Shown: piece after piece, positions 18,042 through 27,716 of the stretch
Layout of the letters: each line of letters starts with the position of its first letter
Numbering within the stretch: the stretch's first letter is position 1
NCBI GenBank assembly: GCA_934772525.1
Contig: CAKVMI010000001.1
Coordinates: 118,613-182,612, forward strand
Direction of reading: 5' to 3'
DNA length: 64,000 bases
Source of the DNA: an uncultured Clostridia bacterium
GTDB taxonomy: Bacteria > Bacillota > Clostridia > Christensenellales > UBA1242
Position numbers and translations under genes: made by a program
The notes under the pieces: generated by a model
The model's database searches: none
The model's input: the letters and a program-made list of their open reading frames with translations, nothing else
What the model was told of the DNA's origin: nothing

Positions 18042-19709
18042 ATGTTTAATTTGTTGTTGTATAATGAAGTTCCGACTCCGTTTGGCTTTGATAATTGGCT
18101 AACATTTTGGCTTATACTTGTAATAAGTGTGCTAAATGCGGTGCTTATGAATTTCGTGGGGTATAAATTTTTACAAGTCTTTCAATTATCTGGTTATAAA
18201 ACTAAAGATTATTGGGCTTGGATGAAATCTAATAAGTACAAAGACTGGGGAAGATTGATTGTATTATCCTTTTTGAGTTCGGCGGCGTTGCTTGTAACAA
18301 ATGTATTATTAGAACAAATTATCATTTATAAAATAATGACGTATGCGGGATTATTGTTTTACTTTTTGTTTTGTTTTGTGTACATCTTTAACGTTTATAA
18401 CGTTCCGCAGAAAACCCCATTAAAGTACACGCACAGAATGACAAGGCTTTGTATTGTAATAAGTGTTTTGGTATTTGTGTTTACCTTTTTAATTATGACG
18501 GCGTCACAACTATATGTTCCATATTTTGAATTTGGTGCAGTTGGTTTAACCCCAATGCTACTACCTATTATAATTCAGTTGTCGCACTATGTAATTTGTC
18601 CATTTGAAGCGTGGAATTCTTATAGATACATAGCACTTGCAAAAAAAGAACTTGCAAAGCATAAAGATATTAAGGTTATAGGAATTACGGGGAGTTTTGG
18701 TAAGACTTCGGTTAAAAATATATTAACAGCTTTACTTTCCGAAAAATATAAAGTTTGTGCAACTCCACATAGTTACAATACTCCACTAGGGCTTAGTAAA
18801 ACCATATTAAACAATTTAAAAGATAATGATGAAATTTTGATTGCTGAAATGGGTGCAAAGCATGTTGGAGATATAAAATATTTGGTTAATATGGTGCATC
18901 CAACAGTTGGTATAATTACAGGTATCGGTAACCAACACTTATTGACATTTGGCAGTATTGAGAATTTAAAAAATACCAAGTTTGAACTTATAGAAGGTTT
19001 GGGTGAATCTGGAAAGGCATATTTTAATTTAGATTCTGAACCAAACTACGAACTTTTTAGTCGGGCTAAATGTGATAAGATTGGCGTAAGCATAAAAAAT
19101 GAAACGGGCAAAATTTATGTGAGTGATATAAAGTCAACTTCTAGGGGTAGTACATTTTCGTTGCATGTAGACGGGAAGAGTGTTGAGTGCATTACGACAC
19201 TTTTAGGGATTCATAATATTTCAAATATTTTATTGTGTGCAAGTGTGGCATACGATCTGGGTGTAAGTATATATGAATTGCAATCGGCTATTGCAAAACT
19301 AATGCCATCTGCACATAGGCTTGCGCTGGTGCCATCGGGTAATTCTATTGTTATAATTGACGATGCGTACAACGGTTGTGTTGAAGGTGCCAAGGCTGCT
19401 CTTGAAACTATAAAGCAATTCGATTCAAAAAAGATTGTTATAACACCAGGGCTTGTAGAACTTGGCAAAGAAGAATTTAATTGCAATTTTGAGTTCGGTA
19501 GACAAATGGCAAGCGTGTGTGATTATGTAATTATTAATGGTGTTGTAAATTATGATGCACTGAGTGCAGGGCTAGAATTTGGCGGTTTTGATAAATCTAA
19601 AATATTGCGAGCAGGTAGTATAAAACAAGCAATTGAAGTTATGCAACAAGTTGCAGTGGCTGGAGATGTTGTGTTATTTGAAAATGATTTACCTGATAAT
19701 TACACTTAA
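18042..19709 (+). CDS. murF: MurF-type Mur ligase (UDP-MurNAc-tripeptide--D-Ala-D-Ala ligase) with an N-terminal membrane domain of about 190 aa
   Basis: P-loop GITGSFGKTSVK, NTPLGLS, EMGAKHVGDI, GIGNQHL and DDAYNG are typical of MurF. Residues 1 to about 190 contain five hydrophobic helices in place of the canonical soluble domain 1. Confidence 0.8.
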   Translation: MFNLLLYNEVPTPFGFDNWLTFWLILVISVLNAVLMNFVGYKFLQVFQLSGYKTKDYWAWMKSNKYKDWGRLIVLSFLSSAALLVTNVLLEQIIIYKIMTYAGLLFYFLFCFVYIFNVYNVPQKTPLKYTHRMTRLCIVISVLVFVFTFLIMTASQLYVPYFEFGAVGLTPMLLPIIIQLSHYVICPFEAWNSYRYIALAKKELAKHKDIKVIGITGSFGKTSVKNILTALLSEKYKVCATPHSYNTPLGLSKTILNNLKDNDEILIAEMGAKHVGDIKYLVNMVHPTVGIITGIGNQHLLTFGSIENLKNTKFELIEGLGESGKAYFNLDSEPNYELFSRAKCDKIGVSIKNETGKIYVSDIKSTSRGSTFSLHVDGKSVECITTLLGIHNISNILLCASVAYDLGVSIYELQSAIAKLMPSAHRLALVPSGNSIVIIDDAYNGCVEGAKAALETIKQFDSKKIVITPGLVELGKEEFNCNFEFGRQMASVCDYVIINGVVNYDALSAGLEFGGFDKSKILRAGSIKQAIEVMQQVAVAGDVVLFENDLPDNYT

Positions 19710-19793
19710 ATTAATATAAAAATTACACCTATTAGTGAAGTTAATTTTTTGATTGAATAGAAAGTTAACAACAGTAAAAGGTGTTAAAAAGGT

Positions 19794-19830
19794 ACAAAAG
19801 AATGGTTAAAATGCTATTCTTTTGTTTTTT
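19794..19830 (+). terminator. Terminator after murF
   Basis: 10-bp stem ACAAAAGAAT/ATTCTTTTGT followed by a T6 run. Confidence 0.7.
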
Positions 19831-19898
19831 AATTTCGAAAATTATTAAAAACGAAGATATGTTTTAAAAAATTAATAATTCTTTTTTCGGGGGTTAAT

Positions 19899-21035
19899 AT
19901 GAGTAAAAATTTAATAATTTGTTATGGCGGTAAGTCTACAGAAAAAGATGTATCAATAATCACGGCGTTACAAATTTATAAAAAGTATAAGGTTAAAAAT
20001 TTTGATATAACTTTGGTGTATATAAATGCGGAGGGTGAATGGTTTGTTGGAAACTCGCTTTCAGAATTTAAAAATTATGCGGGCGGAATGGATACAAAAA
20101 AATTACAAAAGGTTGGTCTTCAACTAAATAGCAATTTTTTATATAAAATTAAAAACAACAAGTACAAGTCACTTTTTAAAATTGATTTTATTTTAAATTG
20201 TTGTCATGGTGGCGATGGTGAAAATGGAAATTTAACTGCGTTATTTGAAATGTGTGGTATTCCGTCTAGTACGGGATCTAGTGAAAGTTTGATGATTATG
20301 ATGGATAAGTTTTTAACAAAGGAAGTTTTAATAGCAAACGACTTACCAACTATAGACTTTTTTTTGATTGAAAAAAATGATTGGATGTTGGCTCGTGATA
20401 AAGTTAAAGCTCAACTAGAACAATTTGGTTTGCCGATAGTTTGTAAGCCATGTGCGCAAGGTAGTAGTGTTGGAGTTTATCTAATAGAGAACATTCAAGA
20501 TTTTGACAAAGCGGTAAATCTTTGTTTTGATTTTGGTACAAGAGTTATTGTTGAGCGGGCAATAATGAATAAGCGAGAATTTAATATAGCGGTAAAACTA
20601 AAAAATGGAGAAGCAGTTGCGTCATTGGTTGAAGAACCGATTGCAAAAAATACCGTAATTTCGTTTGCAGATAAGTATATGAGTGGTGGTGGAAAACTAA
20701 AAGGTGGAGCTAAAACTACCCATATTGGCGGAATGGAAACAAGTGAACGGAAGTTCCCCGCAGAGATTAATAAAAAACTAGAAAGAAAAATAACATATAT
20801 TGCAAAGACCTTTTACAATTTGGTAAATGCTAATTCGGTTGTAAGAATTGATTTTTTGTATGATACTAATAATGGTGCTTTGTATTTAGGTGAGGCGAAT
20901 GCAATTCCGGGTTCTCTTGGCTATTACTTTTTTGATAGAGAAGACTTCTTGGAAGAAATTGTAAAAGAAAGTATGGAATATTGGAGAAAAATTTTCATGA
21001 AAAAATACACTACACCAGTTGCAAAAATTTTCTAA
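19899..21035 (+). CDS. ddl: D-alanine--D-alanine ligase
   Basis: GGKSTEKDVS, HGGDGENG, the ATP-grasp core (KPCAQGSSVGV) and C-terminal NAIPGS. Confidence 0.9.
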   Translation: MSKNLIICYGGKSTEKDVSIITALQIYKKYKVKNFDITLVYINAEGEWFVGNSLSEFKNYAGGMDTKKLQKVGLQLNSNFLYKIKNNKYKSLFKIDFILNCCHGGDGENGNLTALFEMCGIPSSTGSSESLMIMMDKFLTKEVLIANDLPTIDFFLIEKNDWMLARDKVKAQLEQFGLPIVCKPCAQGSSVGVYLIENIQDFDKAVNLCFDFGTRVIVERAIMNKREFNIAVKLKNGEAVASLVEEPIAKNTVISFADKYMSGGGKLKGGAKTTHIGGMETSERKFPAEINKKLERKITYIAKTFYNLVNANSVVRIDFLYDTNNGALYLGEANAIPGSLGYYFFDREDFLEEIVKESMEYWRKIFMKKYTTPVAKIF

Positions 21036-21152
21036 ATTTAGTAAAATAATGGCTTAATAGATAAAATAAGTAAAAAGGCTTTGAAATTTACTTTGTATTT
21101 TTGAAATATTTGTTATATAATATTAAAGTAAAAAGCAAAGTTAGGAGTATGT

Positions 21153-23507
21153 ATGCAAAAGATAAACAGTGCAAAAATGGTTTTAAAATACTCACGCCCA
21201 GCGAATGTTTCTTGTGCTTGGGAAGGTAGTCTTCCAATAGGCAATGGTAGAGTTGGCGCTCTAATACAGGGCGGTGTACGCTATGAAAAAATTATGCTTA
21301 CCGATAGTAGGTCTTCGTGGCTAGGTTCGGTAGGCGTTTTGCCTGATATTTCGGATAAAATGAAGGAAGTAAGGAGACTTGTTGAAGCAAAAAATCAGAC
21401 AATGGCAGGTCTTACTATTGAAAAAGCGTTTGAAACAAAAAAATATACACCAACAAAGGCTTGCCCTTTGCCATTATGTGATTTGGTAGTAGAGCAAAAT
21501 ATAGTTGGTAAAAATATTAATAGTTTTGTTCGTCAAGTTAATATGGATAACGCAGAATGTAGCGTTTGTTTTACCGATAGTGGTACAAAAATTGATAGGT
21601 CATGCTTTGTTTCTTGTGCCGATAATATGTTTTATTATGAAATTCAAAAGAATGGTAATAACTTATTAAATTTAGAGGTTGGGCTTGTTCCACACGATTT
21701 AAGATATATTGCCTTTAATGGTAAGGTTTCCCCAGCTCTAGAAGAAGTTAGAGCGGAATCTGTTGGTAACTTTTTAATTTTTAGTTCTATGTACGAAGGG
21801 GTATATAGAGGAGTAGTAGCGAAGGTCTTTTTGGATGGTAAAGCAACTGCTCAAGACAATTTAGGAAAAATTAAAATTGAAAATGCCGAAAGTGTGCTAA
21901 TAATTGCAAAAACTTTCGTTGGTAAAAATCGAGATAAAGAAATTCAAGAAATTAAGGCTACACTAACAAATATCAAAAGTCCAAGTTATGAAAGAGCATT
22001 TAAGTTACATAACTCAGAGTATGCTAAGCGTAATAGTAAAGCGGAACTTGAAATATCAACCGAGAAAGATGCTTTTGTAGATAAATTGGTTGCAAATTTC
22101 ACCGATGAAAGTACCTTAATTTTTGAAAAATTATTTAACTTTGGTAAGTATCTTAATGTGTGCGGACTAATGTCTGCAATGGATCCTATGTTTGTTACGG
22201 GGTTGTGGTCATATAGTTATTGTTGTGATAGAGCACTTGCAGATAGTTGCTGTAGTTTACCTGCACTTTTTAGTGCGTCTACTATTTTAGGACAAGATGA
22301 AAAACTATTAGATTTGATAAATTATTTCATTAAATACAGTGATGACCTTAAAAAGAATGCGTTTAGAGTTTATAAGTCTAAAGGATTTTTTGTGCCATTT
22401 TATTATGCTTCGGGTACGGGACTTGTAGGATCTACCAGTGCATGTGATGTTTCGGTAATTGTTGGTGGTGCAATAATTGCTAATATGTTCTATGATTATT
22501 TCTTACTAACCAAAGATATCAGATTTTTAAGAAACGATGCACTTCCATTTATGTGTGAAGTAGCAAAATTTTATATGAACTACCTATATTTAGACGCTAA
22601 TGGTAACATTGTAAGTTGTCCATCATTTTCACCATTTGGAAAAAGTAAGTATTTTGAAAAGAAAAATGTTGGAGTTTATAGTTCTTGCCCACAAGATTTT
22701 GCAATTATTAGAGCTTTACTTTCTAACATTATTAATGCGTCAAATACATACGCAATAAGTTTGAAGGAAGTTGTAGGTTTTCAAAAGTTTTTAAATATGT
22801 TACCACTTCCAAAGGTTACAAATGGTATTTTAAATGAATACAGTGACGACGATAATAGTAGCATTAGTGCTGGATTTTTGCAATTTTATCCAGTTTTTGG
22901 AACACGTAATATAACTGCTCAATCCAACCTTTCAAGTATTGCGCCATACCTTAATAGCGTGGTAAATAAAATAGATAAAAGCATTTATGCTCAAAATATA
23001 ATTAGCCTTGGTAGGCTTGCAGAAGTTTCTTCAATTTTGGGTCACGGAGATGCGTCAATTAAACTATTGCAAATAATTGTTAAAAACTTTATGTCCGAAA
23101 ACTTAATTACTATGGAGTACGATAAAAATAATTTATGTGCTTTGGTTGGTAGTGAAAATTACTTTAATATTGCGGGCAACCAATTAATTTTAAGTGCTAT
23201 TAGTAATTGTTTTGTTTTGGGTAGTGATAAAAACATTTCAATTATGCCAAGCAAACCTACTAGTTGGATAAGTGGAAAAATAAGCGGTATTATTACTCCA
23301 CAAAACACAATTGTAGATATTATATGGGATGACAGAAAGGGAACGGCGATTGCAACAATAAAAGCCCTTAGGTCTACGAACTTTAATGTTGTTTTAAATA
23401 AAGGTGTTAAAAAGGTTAAGGGTTATAATATTAATCCAGTTAGTCCGTTTATTGAAAATATTAATCTTGCAAGTGGAAAGAGTGTTGTGCTTGAAATTAA
23501 GTACTAA
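21153..23507 (+). CDS. GH95-like glycoside hydrolase (alpha-L-fucosidase family)
   Basis: N-terminus LKYSRPANVSCAWEGSLPIGNGRVGAL matches the GH95 N-domain signature (PA..W...LPIGNGRLGA). 784 aa, no signal peptide. Confidence 0.7.
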   Translation: MQKINSAKMVLKYSRPANVSCAWEGSLPIGNGRVGALIQGGVRYEKIMLTDSRSSWLGSVGVLPDISDKMKEVRRLVEAKNQTMAGLTIEKAFETKKYTPTKACPLPLCDLVVEQNIVGKNINSFVRQVNMDNAECSVCFTDSGTKIDRSCFVSCADNMFYYEIQKNGNNLLNLEVGLVPHDLRYIAFNGKVSPALEEVRAESVGNFLIFSSMYEGVYRGVVAKVFLDGKATAQDNLGKIKIENAESVLIIAKTFVGKNRDKEIQEIKATLTNIKSPSYERAFKLHNSEYAKRNSKAELEISTEKDAFVDKLVANFTDESTLIFEKLFNFGKYLNVCGLMSAMDPMFVTGLWSYSYCCDRALADSCCSLPALFSASTILGQDEKLLDLINYFIKYSDDLKKNAFRVYKSKGFFVPFYYASGTGLVGSTSACDVSVIVGGAIIANMFYDYFLLTKDIRFLRNDALPFMCEVAKFYMNYLYLDANGNIVSCPSFSPFGKSKYFEKKNVGVYSSCPQDFAIIRALLSNIINASNTYAISLKEVVGFQKFLNMLPLPKVTNGILNEYSDDDNSSISAGFLQFYPVFGTRNITAQSNLSSIAPYLNSVVNKIDKSIYAQNIISLGRLAEVSSILGHGDASIKLLQIIVKNFMSENLITMEYDKNNLCALVGSENYFNIAGNQLILSAISNCFVLGSDKNISIMPSKPTSWISGKISGIITPQNTIVDIIWDDRKGTAIATIKALRSTNFNVVLNKGVKKVKGYNINPVSPFIENINLASGKSVVLEIKY

Positions 23508-23521
23508 AAGGAGTTACATAA

Positions 23522-24013
23522 ATGGAAGAAAAGAAATCTAAACCTTTAAATGACGAACTTAGTGCATTAATTAATGGAAATGATGAATATTTTACAAATA
23601 TAAGCAAAGCGGAAAACAAGTCTGCATCTTTCGGTAGAAATTCGGGACTTGAATACAAAAATAAGTATTCGCTGGCGGGTGGAAGTAAGGTCGCATCAAA
23701 TAATGTTGTAGATGTTAGTGCTTTCCGAAAAAAAGAAGAAAAGCCAGCACCTGAAATAATTGAAAATAAGGACAATGAAGAACCTAAAAAATCGGATGAA
23801 ACAACAACCGAAGATGAAGACTTTGATAAATTTTTTGATGACTTTTTAAAAGGGCTTGGCGAAACCGAAAATGAAAAACCCGAAACTAAGGGTAATGAAG
23901 AAGTTAAGCCAGAAAAGAATTCTAAGCCGAAAGTAAAAAATGCGGTAAGAAAAAAGAAAAGGGCAATAGACATCGATATTATTAGTGGGGGAGTCGGGGG
24001 AGATATAATCTAA
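23522..24013 (+). CDS. Hypothetical acidic, Lys/Glu-rich low-complexity protein
   Basis: AAGGAG RBS, 163 aa. It packs tightly against the following DUF1538 gene. Confidence 0.5.
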   Translation: MEEKKSKPLNDELSALINGNDEYFTNISKAENKSASFGRNSGLEYKNKYSLAGGSKVASNNVVDVSAFRKKEEKPAPEIIENKDNEEPKKSDETTTEDEDFDKFFDDFLKGLGETENEKPETKGNEEVKPEKNSKPKVKNAVRKKKRAIDIDIISGGVGGDII

Positions 24014-24029
24014 AAGGAAGAAAATTTTA

Positions 24030-25550
24030 GTGTTACAAAAGTTAAAAAGTACGTCAATATCGGTACTGCCACTAATAGGTTTTGTATTGCTTGTGCATTT
24101 TACAATGTACAAGTTTTCGTCTACACTTTTGTTAAACTTCTTTATAGGTTGTGCAATTCTAATTATTGGTCAAGTAATATTTTTAACGGGTATAGATAAT
24201 AGCATTGTGCCAATGGGACAATTTGTTGGTAACTCGGTCACCGACCAAAAGAAATTTTATATTTTTGTATTATTTGGTTTTATATTTGGAGTTTTAACAA
24301 CAATTGCAGAACCTGACCTTCAAGTGTTATCTGGGAAAATTTATATGGCTGGATTTGGTATCCCAAAGGTTTTAGTACTGGTTGTTTCGGGCATTGGAGT
24401 TGGTGCATTAATTTCGGTTGGTCTTATAAGGATAGTAACTAAACACTCGCTAGGGCTAATATTATTTATTCTTTATGCACTGATTGCGGTGCTTGGAATA
24501 TTTGTATCCGAAAAAGGCTTTGCAATGTGCTTGGATGCGGGCGCTTGTACGACGGGTGTTGTAACATCACCATTTTTATTAGCACTTGGCATTGGCGTTG
24601 CAAAGATGGTATCTGCTAGTGGAAAAACTTCGGGTGAAGAAAACTTTGGGCTAATTGCTCTAAGTTCGGCGGGTCCTATTGTACTTATGCTAATTCTTAC
24701 AATAATTTTTAGCGGAACTGGAAGTGAAGTTGTGGTTGAACAATGTGACACGCCGTTACTTTTAGAAACACTTAAAGATGTTAGTTTTTCATTGTTCCCA
24801 CTATTTATTGCGTTTTTTGTATTTGAAGTGATATTTATTAAAATATCTAAAACCGAAAGATTAAAGTTGGTTGCAGGTTCAATTACTACATTTGTTGGTT
24901 TGTATTTATTTTTATTTGGAATTGAGTTTGGTCTAACCGATATGGGTAGTGAGTTTGGTAAGGCACTTGCAAGCGTTAATAAGTTACCTATAACAATAAT
25001 TATTTGTGCGGGTCTTGGGTTTGGCTTGGCGTTTTGTGAGCCTTCTATTAGAATACTTGCTGAACAAATTGAAGAAGTTACAAACCGAAACTTAAAGGTT
25101 CCTTTTATAATGGTATTTATGGGGGTTAGCATAGTACTCTCAATTACCCTTGTAATATTGCAATCTACTTACAATTTTTCAATATGGTGGATATACGGAA
25201 CAATGTATGGGTTATCATTTATTATGATGCCGTTTGTCTCAAAATTGTTTACATCTATTGCGTTTGATTCTTCGGGCGTTGCAACGGGAACTATTACAGT
25301 AGCGTTTATTTTTCCTATTATGCTTGGGCTGAACGGAACGCTTGGTGGCTTTGGAACTCTTGGAATAATGGGTATGACACCTGTATTTGTTATGGAAGTA
25401 CTAGGTATTATATTTAGAATTAATGTAGAAGTCGAAAATAAAAAGACGCAAAAGATTTTGGTTAGACTATCTAAAACGGACGATATTTATTCTAATATTG
25501 AAAAGTTAAAACAAAAACATATAGAAGAGTTTGAAGGGAGGGTAGTATAG
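24030..25550 (+). CDS. Polytopic membrane protein with two DUF1538-like repeats
   Basis: 506 aa with at least 12 hydrophobic helices. The two halves are related (TIAEPDLQVLSGKI vs AFCEPSIRILAEQI; DAGACTTGVVTSPF vs FDSSGVATGTITVAF). GTG start behind AAGGAAG. Confidence 0.7.
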   Translation: MLQKLKSTSISVLPLIGFVLLVHFTMYKFSSTLLLNFFIGCAILIIGQVIFLTGIDNSIVPMGQFVGNSVTDQKKFYIFVLFGFIFGVLTTIAEPDLQVLSGKIYMAGFGIPKVLVLVVSGIGVGALISVGLIRIVTKHSLGLILFILYALIAVLGIFVSEKGFAMCLDAGACTTGVVTSPFLLALGIGVAKMVSASGKTSGEENFGLIALSSAGPIVLMLILTIIFSGTGSEVVVEQCDTPLLLETLKDVSFSLFPLFIAFFVFEVIFIKISKTERLKLVAGSITTFVGLYLFLFGIEFGLTDMGSEFGKALASVNKLPITIIICAGLGFGLAFCEPSIRILAEQIEEVTNRNLKVPFIMVFMGVSIVLSITLVILQSTYNFSIWWIYGTMYGLSFIMMPFVSKLFTSIAFDSSGVATGTITVAFIFPIMLGLNGTLGGFGTLGIMGMTPVFVMEVLGIIFRINVEVENKKTQKILVRLSKTDDIYSNIEKLKQKHIEEFEGRVV

Positions 25551-25901
25551 TTGAAAAGTGATATTAAATCATTTAAGTTGTCCGAGATTGATGAATTGAA
25601 GTTTATGATTATAATTGGTAAACTATCAACCGAAGACCAAATAGTTTCAAAAATAGAAAGTTTTGGCGGTAGAGTGCTACTAAGGGAAGTTGGTGAAGGT
25701 ATAGGTAAAAATATGAGTTTGGAACTATTAGGAGTGCAAAAAACTAAAAATATAGTTATTTTGGCTTGTGCCAGAAAGCAAGATGCGGATAATATTTTAG
25801 TTGCGATTGATTCAGAAATTAATTTTTCAAGCCCTGGAGTAGGACTAGGTCTTACTATAAATGTTGACGGATTTATGGGTGCAAAAGGATTATTTATATA
25901 G
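25551..25901 (+). CDS. PII (GlnB)-like small signalling protein, paralogue 1
   Basis: 116 aa with a beta-alpha-beta x2 pattern (KFMIIIGK...VSKIESFGG...IVILACARKQDADNILVAI). The TTG start directly abuts the transporter stop. Confidence 0.5.
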   Translation: MKSDIKSFKLSEIDELKFMIIIGKLSTEDQIVSKIESFGGRVLLREVGEGIGKNMSLELLGVQKTKNIVILACARKQDADNILVAIDSEINFSSPGVGLGLTINVDGFMGAKGLFI

Positions 25902-25911
25902 GAGAAACATT

Positions 25912-26283
25912 ATGGAAGAAAAAAATGTAAATTTAAGTGATATAAAATTTCCTGTAATTACCGAGATTGAGCCGGACGAGATTAAAAAGACGGGGCATAA
26001 ACTAATAGTTTCAATAGTAAAGAAGGGTTACGCCTATCAAGTTATAAAAACCGCAAATGAAAATGGTGCAAAGGGTGCCGTTATTTTAAATGGTCGTGGC
26101 GTATCACAAAACAAGAAAAGATTTTTTGGTATGGATATTTCTCCAGAAAAGGAAGTCGTTTTAATAGTTGTTGAAGAAAAGTTGGCGTATCCAGTTATTA
26201 AAAGTGTTTATGCTATTGCCGACTTTAAGTCGGTGGCAAAGGGTGTTGTTTTTGCTTTGCCAATTTCTATGCTGTTAGATTAG
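25912..26283 (+). CDS. PII (GlnB)-like small signalling protein, paralogue 2
   Basis: Start moved to ATG 25912 behind AGGAGA. HKLIVSIVKKGYAYQVIKTANENGAKGAVILNGRGVS...EKEVVLIVVE follows the PII-like layout. Confidence 0.6.
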   Translation: MEEKNVNLSDIKFPVITEIEPDEIKKTGHKLIVSIVKKGYAYQVIKTANENGAKGAVILNGRGVSQNKKRFFGMDISPEKEVVLIVVEEKLAYPVIKSVYAIADFKSVAKGVVFALPISMLLD

Positions 26284-26336
26284 CGTGCAGGGTAAAAAGT
26301 ACATGTAAGTATATACATGTTGTAAACTTTTGGCAC

Positions 26337-26376
26337 AAAAAAAGATTAATGAAAAATTTCATTAATCTTTTTTTTG
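26337..26376. terminator. Bidirectional terminator between convergent genes
   Basis: Long perfect palindrome AAGATTAATGAAA/TTTCATTAATCTT flanked by an A run and a T run. Confidence 0.7.
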
Positions 26377-26378
26377 GT

Positions 26379-27638
26379 TTAGTTTTCTTTTATCACACAC
26401 TCTCTGCCAACGGTTGTGTTGTCTTCTGTTCTAGATTGCAAGGCTTTTACTGGGTGTTCAGAGTCTTGAACTCGGTAGTCGCTACCATTCTCTTGAATGT
26501 ATTTTGCGGTTAGTTGATGCACAGGTTCGGCATCGGTTGATGCGTTTAGAGTTTTTTGAACTTTTATGAAGTCGGTGCCTTTGTAATTTTTAGAGTCTAC
26601 ATAACTTTCTTTTTCGGCAGTGGCGTGGACAGATTCGGCTAGTACCTTTCGGATGTAGTCTTTGCATGGGCGTAGGTGTAATAAATTTGGAAATTCACCT
26701 TTTGGAATAACTTCTTGCCAATCTCGTTTTTCGTATTTCTTTAATAGTTCTGCAACCTTATGAAGGTGTGCAATTTCTTGCGTTAGGTGAAGTTCCCAAA
26801 CTTTTCTAATATGGTCATCCTTTTCGTCGGTCATAAGTGAATAATATAAATAACATTCGGTGTACTCATGATTTAAACAATTTTCAAGATAGGTTAGAGT
26901 AGGGTCTTTTAGTCCGCCATAGCGGGTAACGTGCTCTTCTTCAATTAGGGCAATTTCGGAATATACCTTTCTGCCTAAGTCGTTTTTGTAAAAAGTTCCA
27001 ATGTTCATATAATAATTCATAGTTTGTTGCTCGGCGGCGGTTATAATGCAGGCGTGAAGTTTGGATAATGGGTCGGCGGTTTTGTTATCAAGCCAAGTGG
27101 TAAGTTCGTCGTTTGGATGGCGGTGTTCGGAAATTGTAGGTCTACCTGGCATAATTTCGGTATAGTTGCCAACTAGTTTTTCGGCGTGGATACCATCGTC
27201 CATTTCAAGTAGGTTAGAATAACGGTACAAGTGGTCAAAGTCTTCAAGTAGGGCAAAATCTAATGCTTTTTTTACGTTAGGGTCCTTTTCTTCTTGAGCC
27301 ATACAAGCGGTTAAGTCGACTGCGAGTTGCTCGTAACCTATGGTGGTTTCTAGAATTGACTCGTTAATAGGGCGGAGTGCAGATATGCGCTTTTGTTGAA
27401 TTTGCTCAACCTTTCGTATTAATGCAAGGTCACGTCTGAGTTCGTTGTCTGGGCAATTCCTTGAAAAATTGTGTCCCATATAAACAGATTCAAACTCGGT
27501 GCCGTTCATTAAAATAATGCGGGTTTTGGTGTAGGGGTCGGTGTCGTTTTTGTCGTAACTTGCAGGATACATCTTGTCCCAACTACATAGTCCTTTTTCG
27601 ACCTTTTCTGGTTTTTCATTAAATGGATTAAATGACAT
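26379..27638 (-). CDS. Ferritin-like (di-iron carboxylate type) protein of unknown function
   Basis: 419 aa. Two E...(D/E)xxH-type pairs sit on predicted helices (GYEQLAV...LEDFDHLYRY; AAEQQTM...IEEEHVTRY). AGGAGA RBS. Confidence 0.45.
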   Translation of the reverse strand: MSFNPFNEKPEKVEKGLCSWDKMYPASYDKNDTDPYTKTRIILMNGTEFESVYMGHNFSRNCPDNELRRDLALIRKVEQIQQKRISALRPINESILETTIGYEQLAVDLTACMAQEEKDPNVKKALDFALLEDFDHLYRYSNLLEMDDGIHAEKLVGNYTEIMPGRPTISEHRHPNDELTTWLDNKTADPLSKLHACIITAAEQQTMNYYMNIGTFYKNDLGRKVYSEIALIEEEHVTRYGGLKDPTLTYLENCLNHEYTECYLYYSLMTDEKDDHIRKVWELHLTQEIAHLHKVAELLKKYEKRDWQEVIPKGEFPNLLHLRPCKDYIRKVLAESVHATAEKESYVDSKNYKGTDFIKVQKTLNASTDAEPVHQLTAKYIQENGSDYRVQDSEHPVKALQSRTEDNTTVGRECVIKEN

Positions 27639-27716
27639 AAAAAATCTCCTAAAAATTAATTTACTCTATAAGTTTGTGCTAAACTTAATAAATTAAACCA
27701 TTTTTAGGAGAAAATT

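Noticed and set aside
23497-23973. Long antisense ORF mirroring the acidic protein gene. The same situation occurs at 44041-44718 opposite the gene after floA.
   Set aside because: Lys/Glu-rich low-complexity coding sequence (GAA/AAA-rich) gives stop-free Phe/Ser/Leu-rich antisense frames. Only the sense ORFs have RBSs and operon context.
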